A stretch of DNA of 64,000 nt from Mobula hypostoma (Eukaryota). Numbering within the stretch: position 1 is the stretch's first letter; each line of letters starts with the position of its first letter. The DNA is taken from the NCBI RefSeq assembly GCF_963921235.1, contig NC_086097.1, positions 197,534,001 to 197,598,000 of the forward strand. Reading direction: 5' to 3'. Shown piece by piece: positions 61,075-64,000 of this stretch. The position numbers and the translations under genes were made by a program. The notes under the pieces were generated by a model. The model did not search any database. It was not told the DNA's origin and saw only the letters and a list, made by a program, of their open reading frames with translations.

Positions 61075-63030
61075 TGTTGCAATAAACAAAATACTGGAAG
61101 AACTCAGTTGTGGAGAGAACTGTGGAGGGCAGAAGGGCAGTCGATGCTTTGGGTCAAGACTCTTCAACTAGACCTAAAGATAAAGGGAGGATAGCCGGTT
61201 AAAAGGGATAGAGCAACAGCTGGCAAGCAGTATATCCATGTGTGGAGGGGTGATAGGCTGGTGGATGAGGAAAAAGTGAAAAGTGATAAGTGGATGCAAC
61301 AAAAATTGATAGAGAAATGTGGAGTGTGGAATCAAATAAGGGACGTAGGGTGGGCAGTGTTGAGAGAATGGGTAAAGGAATGGCAGATGGAATAAAATGT
61401 AACACAGTGTGGGCTTATGTACTTTGGTAGAAAGAGGAAAAGTGTAGGCTATTTTCTGCACCTTGTAGAAAATAGGGACGGAATTCAAAAATTGGAGATG
61501 CAAAAGGAATTGGAAGCCCATGTTCAAGATTCCGTTGTGGAGTATTGTAGTGGCGGAAATTGTGACAGATGATGCGTCCATCTGAAGAGGTTATGCAGTG
61601 AAAAATGAGGATCAGAGTAATATTTTTCTTCTGTCCAGCAGAAGGAGGAGTGAAAGTAGGGCTGTGGAATATAGATTAGATGCTGTTGAAGGGTTCTGTC
61701 TACCAGGGTAGAGGAGAAGCCATAGTTCAGGAAGAAGAAAGATATCTAAGAGATCTGTCACATTATCAAAGCAATTGCGATGGAGATGGAAGAACTGGCA
61801 GAATGGAATGGAGTCCTTGCAGGAAGTATAGTCAATATAGCTGTAGAAGTATTTAGGCTTGTAAAGGATGCTTGTGGATAGCTTATTCTCTGAGATGGAG
61901 ATATCCTCAAATGAAAGAGCAAAGCCCAAGTGAAGGTATGAGTCAAAAGGAAATTGGCAGAAAAAATAGTGAAATTCTCAAGTTCTATATATGTGCAACA
62001 AGCAGCACCAATGCAGCTGGTGATATACTGGACAGCTGTGTGTGTGTTTTGAATGGGATAGTGGAGGCAAAAAGAAATTCTTCCACTTATTCTACAAAAA
62101 GATAGGTGTAGCTTGGGCCATGTTAAATTCTCATACTTAAAACATTGGAAGGAGAAAATGAATGGAACTGAACGAGGAAGTTGTTTATGTGATGTTAAGT
62201 TCAGCTGGGTGGATGAATATATTGGATGAGAGAATCTGTGTTTCTCTGTTTTAGGATGAAGCTGAATGGTCCTCAGATTCTTTCAATGTGGCATGGTTGT
62301 GTGGATGTGTGTATGTGAGAAAGAATGGAGGTAATAAGTTTTGTTAGGCAAAAGCAGGCTGAAAAAATGGATCTCCCTGACTAGTGGATACTACAAGGTT
62401 GGAAGCAGAAATGAAATCACATAGCTGTGTAGGAGATAATGTTTTGATGTTTGGGTCATGGTTCAGAAGGGCATTGTGGATTTGTCTGAGAACTGACACT
62501 TGATCTCTGAAAGAAAGAAGACAGTTTGCCACACTATAGTAATGCCACTACTGTCTGTGTCCTAATGTACCACAATAATGAGGCAAGCGAGGGACAACTC
62601 TTCATGTTCTGCCTGGGTAAGCTACAGAATGCAATATCTTGAGATGGCTGATTCTTTCATTCTGTTTCAGGACTGGCCTTTTTCTGTATGTCATTGTTTT
62701 GGCCTAGTTTTTAGTTTTAGTTCAGTCTATCCTGCTCTTCAACCTCATCATTGGAAATATATTACCAAGACAACAAAGCTAAATCTTATTTTTAACTGTT
62801 CCTTAATTGCCAGGTTAGGTCTGTTACAATCCTATCAAAAATATTCTTTTTGTCTACTCATCCTTACCTGAACTTTTTCTACTATCTAAAACTATTTTTG
62901 TCTTTTTTCCAGTTCTAATGAAGGATCTTGGCCCTGAACTGTAAATCTTTCATCTTTCTGCCTGCGTACTGAGTGCTTACTACATTTTCTATTTATATTT
63001 CGGAGTTCCACCATCTTCATTTCTTTTGCT
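61075..63030. mobile_element. Degenerate Penelope-like fragments (minus RT part, plus GIY-YIG/3' part) with a CR1 scrap at about 61330-61535
   Basis: Minus ORF 61612-61929 reads LSTSILYKP..YSYIDYTS.CKDSIPFCQF. Hammerhead-like termini lie near 61140-61175 (minus) and 62915 (plus). Confidence 0.65.
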
Positions 63031-64000
63031 TTTAACATGTTACTGATTTTTTTTCCTCAGTATTGATGCTGTTATATTATTGTAAAAATTTGATGTTTAT
63101 CTTGCAGAATGGCCATACAAGTCAACAAGTTCAAATTTGAAACTCTTCCAGCATCCAGCACTGTAGGTGAAATGTGTGCAGAAAGCCAAAAGCACATTGA
63201 AGAGGAATGGAGCCATGCTCAGGCTGTAGAGATCAACAGCAAGTTGAACATCAGCTGGAAGATAATATCCTTTCGTGATACTCAAAAATAACTATTAAAG
63301 TAGCCAAGAAGTATATTACAGATATTGGAATCTGGTGCATAAAGTGAACTGCTAGAAAAACCAAGGGTCAAGGTCAAGTAGAGGCAAAAGAGATGTGTCG
63401 ATGTTTTATGTTGTAACCCTTACATCATTTTATTGTTTTGCTGTTAATGTACCAATATTATTGTTGTTTCTGCAAGCAATACAACTATACAGGATATACT
63501 CTGAGCATACTGAACTTTCAAAGGAATTGTTTAGAATTTCATTCACTCATTATTAGGTATATAAACTTGGATGTCTGATTTAGGAGCAGGTATAGAACAC
63601 CAGGCTTTTTGATCTTGCTTTACATTCAACAAGTTTATGCTAATCAGACTGTAACAGCTGCCTACCCTTAATATCCTTCTTTACAAAGAACTCTGCTTTC
63701 TGGACAAAGTTGTGACTTGCTGAGAGAAGGAGAATTGTCTAGTCTTTATTGGAAATAGGTACTGCTTTAAACAGACGGCTAACAAATGTGAATCTGAGAC
63801 TTTTAAGGTAAATTGTTTTCTGTTGTTTCCCAACAATCTGCTTATGACCTTTCTTGCCTTGTTTTTTTTTGCATTTTCTTGCCCTCTTAACGATCAGTAC
63901 ATGCTTCTTATCATCATATTTGTTTTGACCAATATTCATATACAGGTCTTCCCCAGTCTATGAACACTTGACTTACATCCAGTCTATACAAATGAATAAG

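Overview
This window is eukaryotic, vertebrate DNA. It is most likely from a cartilaginous fish (shark or ray), inferred from an HE1/V-SINE-like relic, abundant CR1 LINEs and Penelope elements of the elasmobranch type. I cannot support any host protein-coding gene, rRNA, true tRNA or CRISPR array. Most of the window, especially 1-48.4 kb, is a dense, multiply nested pile of transposable elements. These include at least four CR1 LINE families (one near full-length copy has a zinc-finger/SGNH-esterase ORF1), Rex1/Babar-type LINEs, several non-autonomous hAT families with intact TIRs and 8-bp TSDs, tRNA/CORE-type SINEs, Penelope fragments with decayed hammerhead motifs, a Tc1 and a Tigger/MER2-like element. 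There is also one decayed ~10-kb Gmr1-type Gypsy LTR element with a SCAN-like gag, PR-INT-RT-RH domain order and a tRNA-Pro PBS. All long ORFs are TE-derived and disrupted. The most interesting observations are: (1) an internally deleted Rex/Babar non-autonomous family present twice with the same junction; (2) a hAT family that has captured a CR1 3' end and carries it as cargo; (3) an A-in-B-in-A nest of hAT elements; (4) two SINEs with a shared head and swapped tails; (5) reordered repeat units between the two Gypsy LTRs; (6) DNA transposons resembling mammalian MER2 and MER1/Charlie3. Family names come from recalled motifs, not database searches. Boundaries without a TIR or TSD are approximate.
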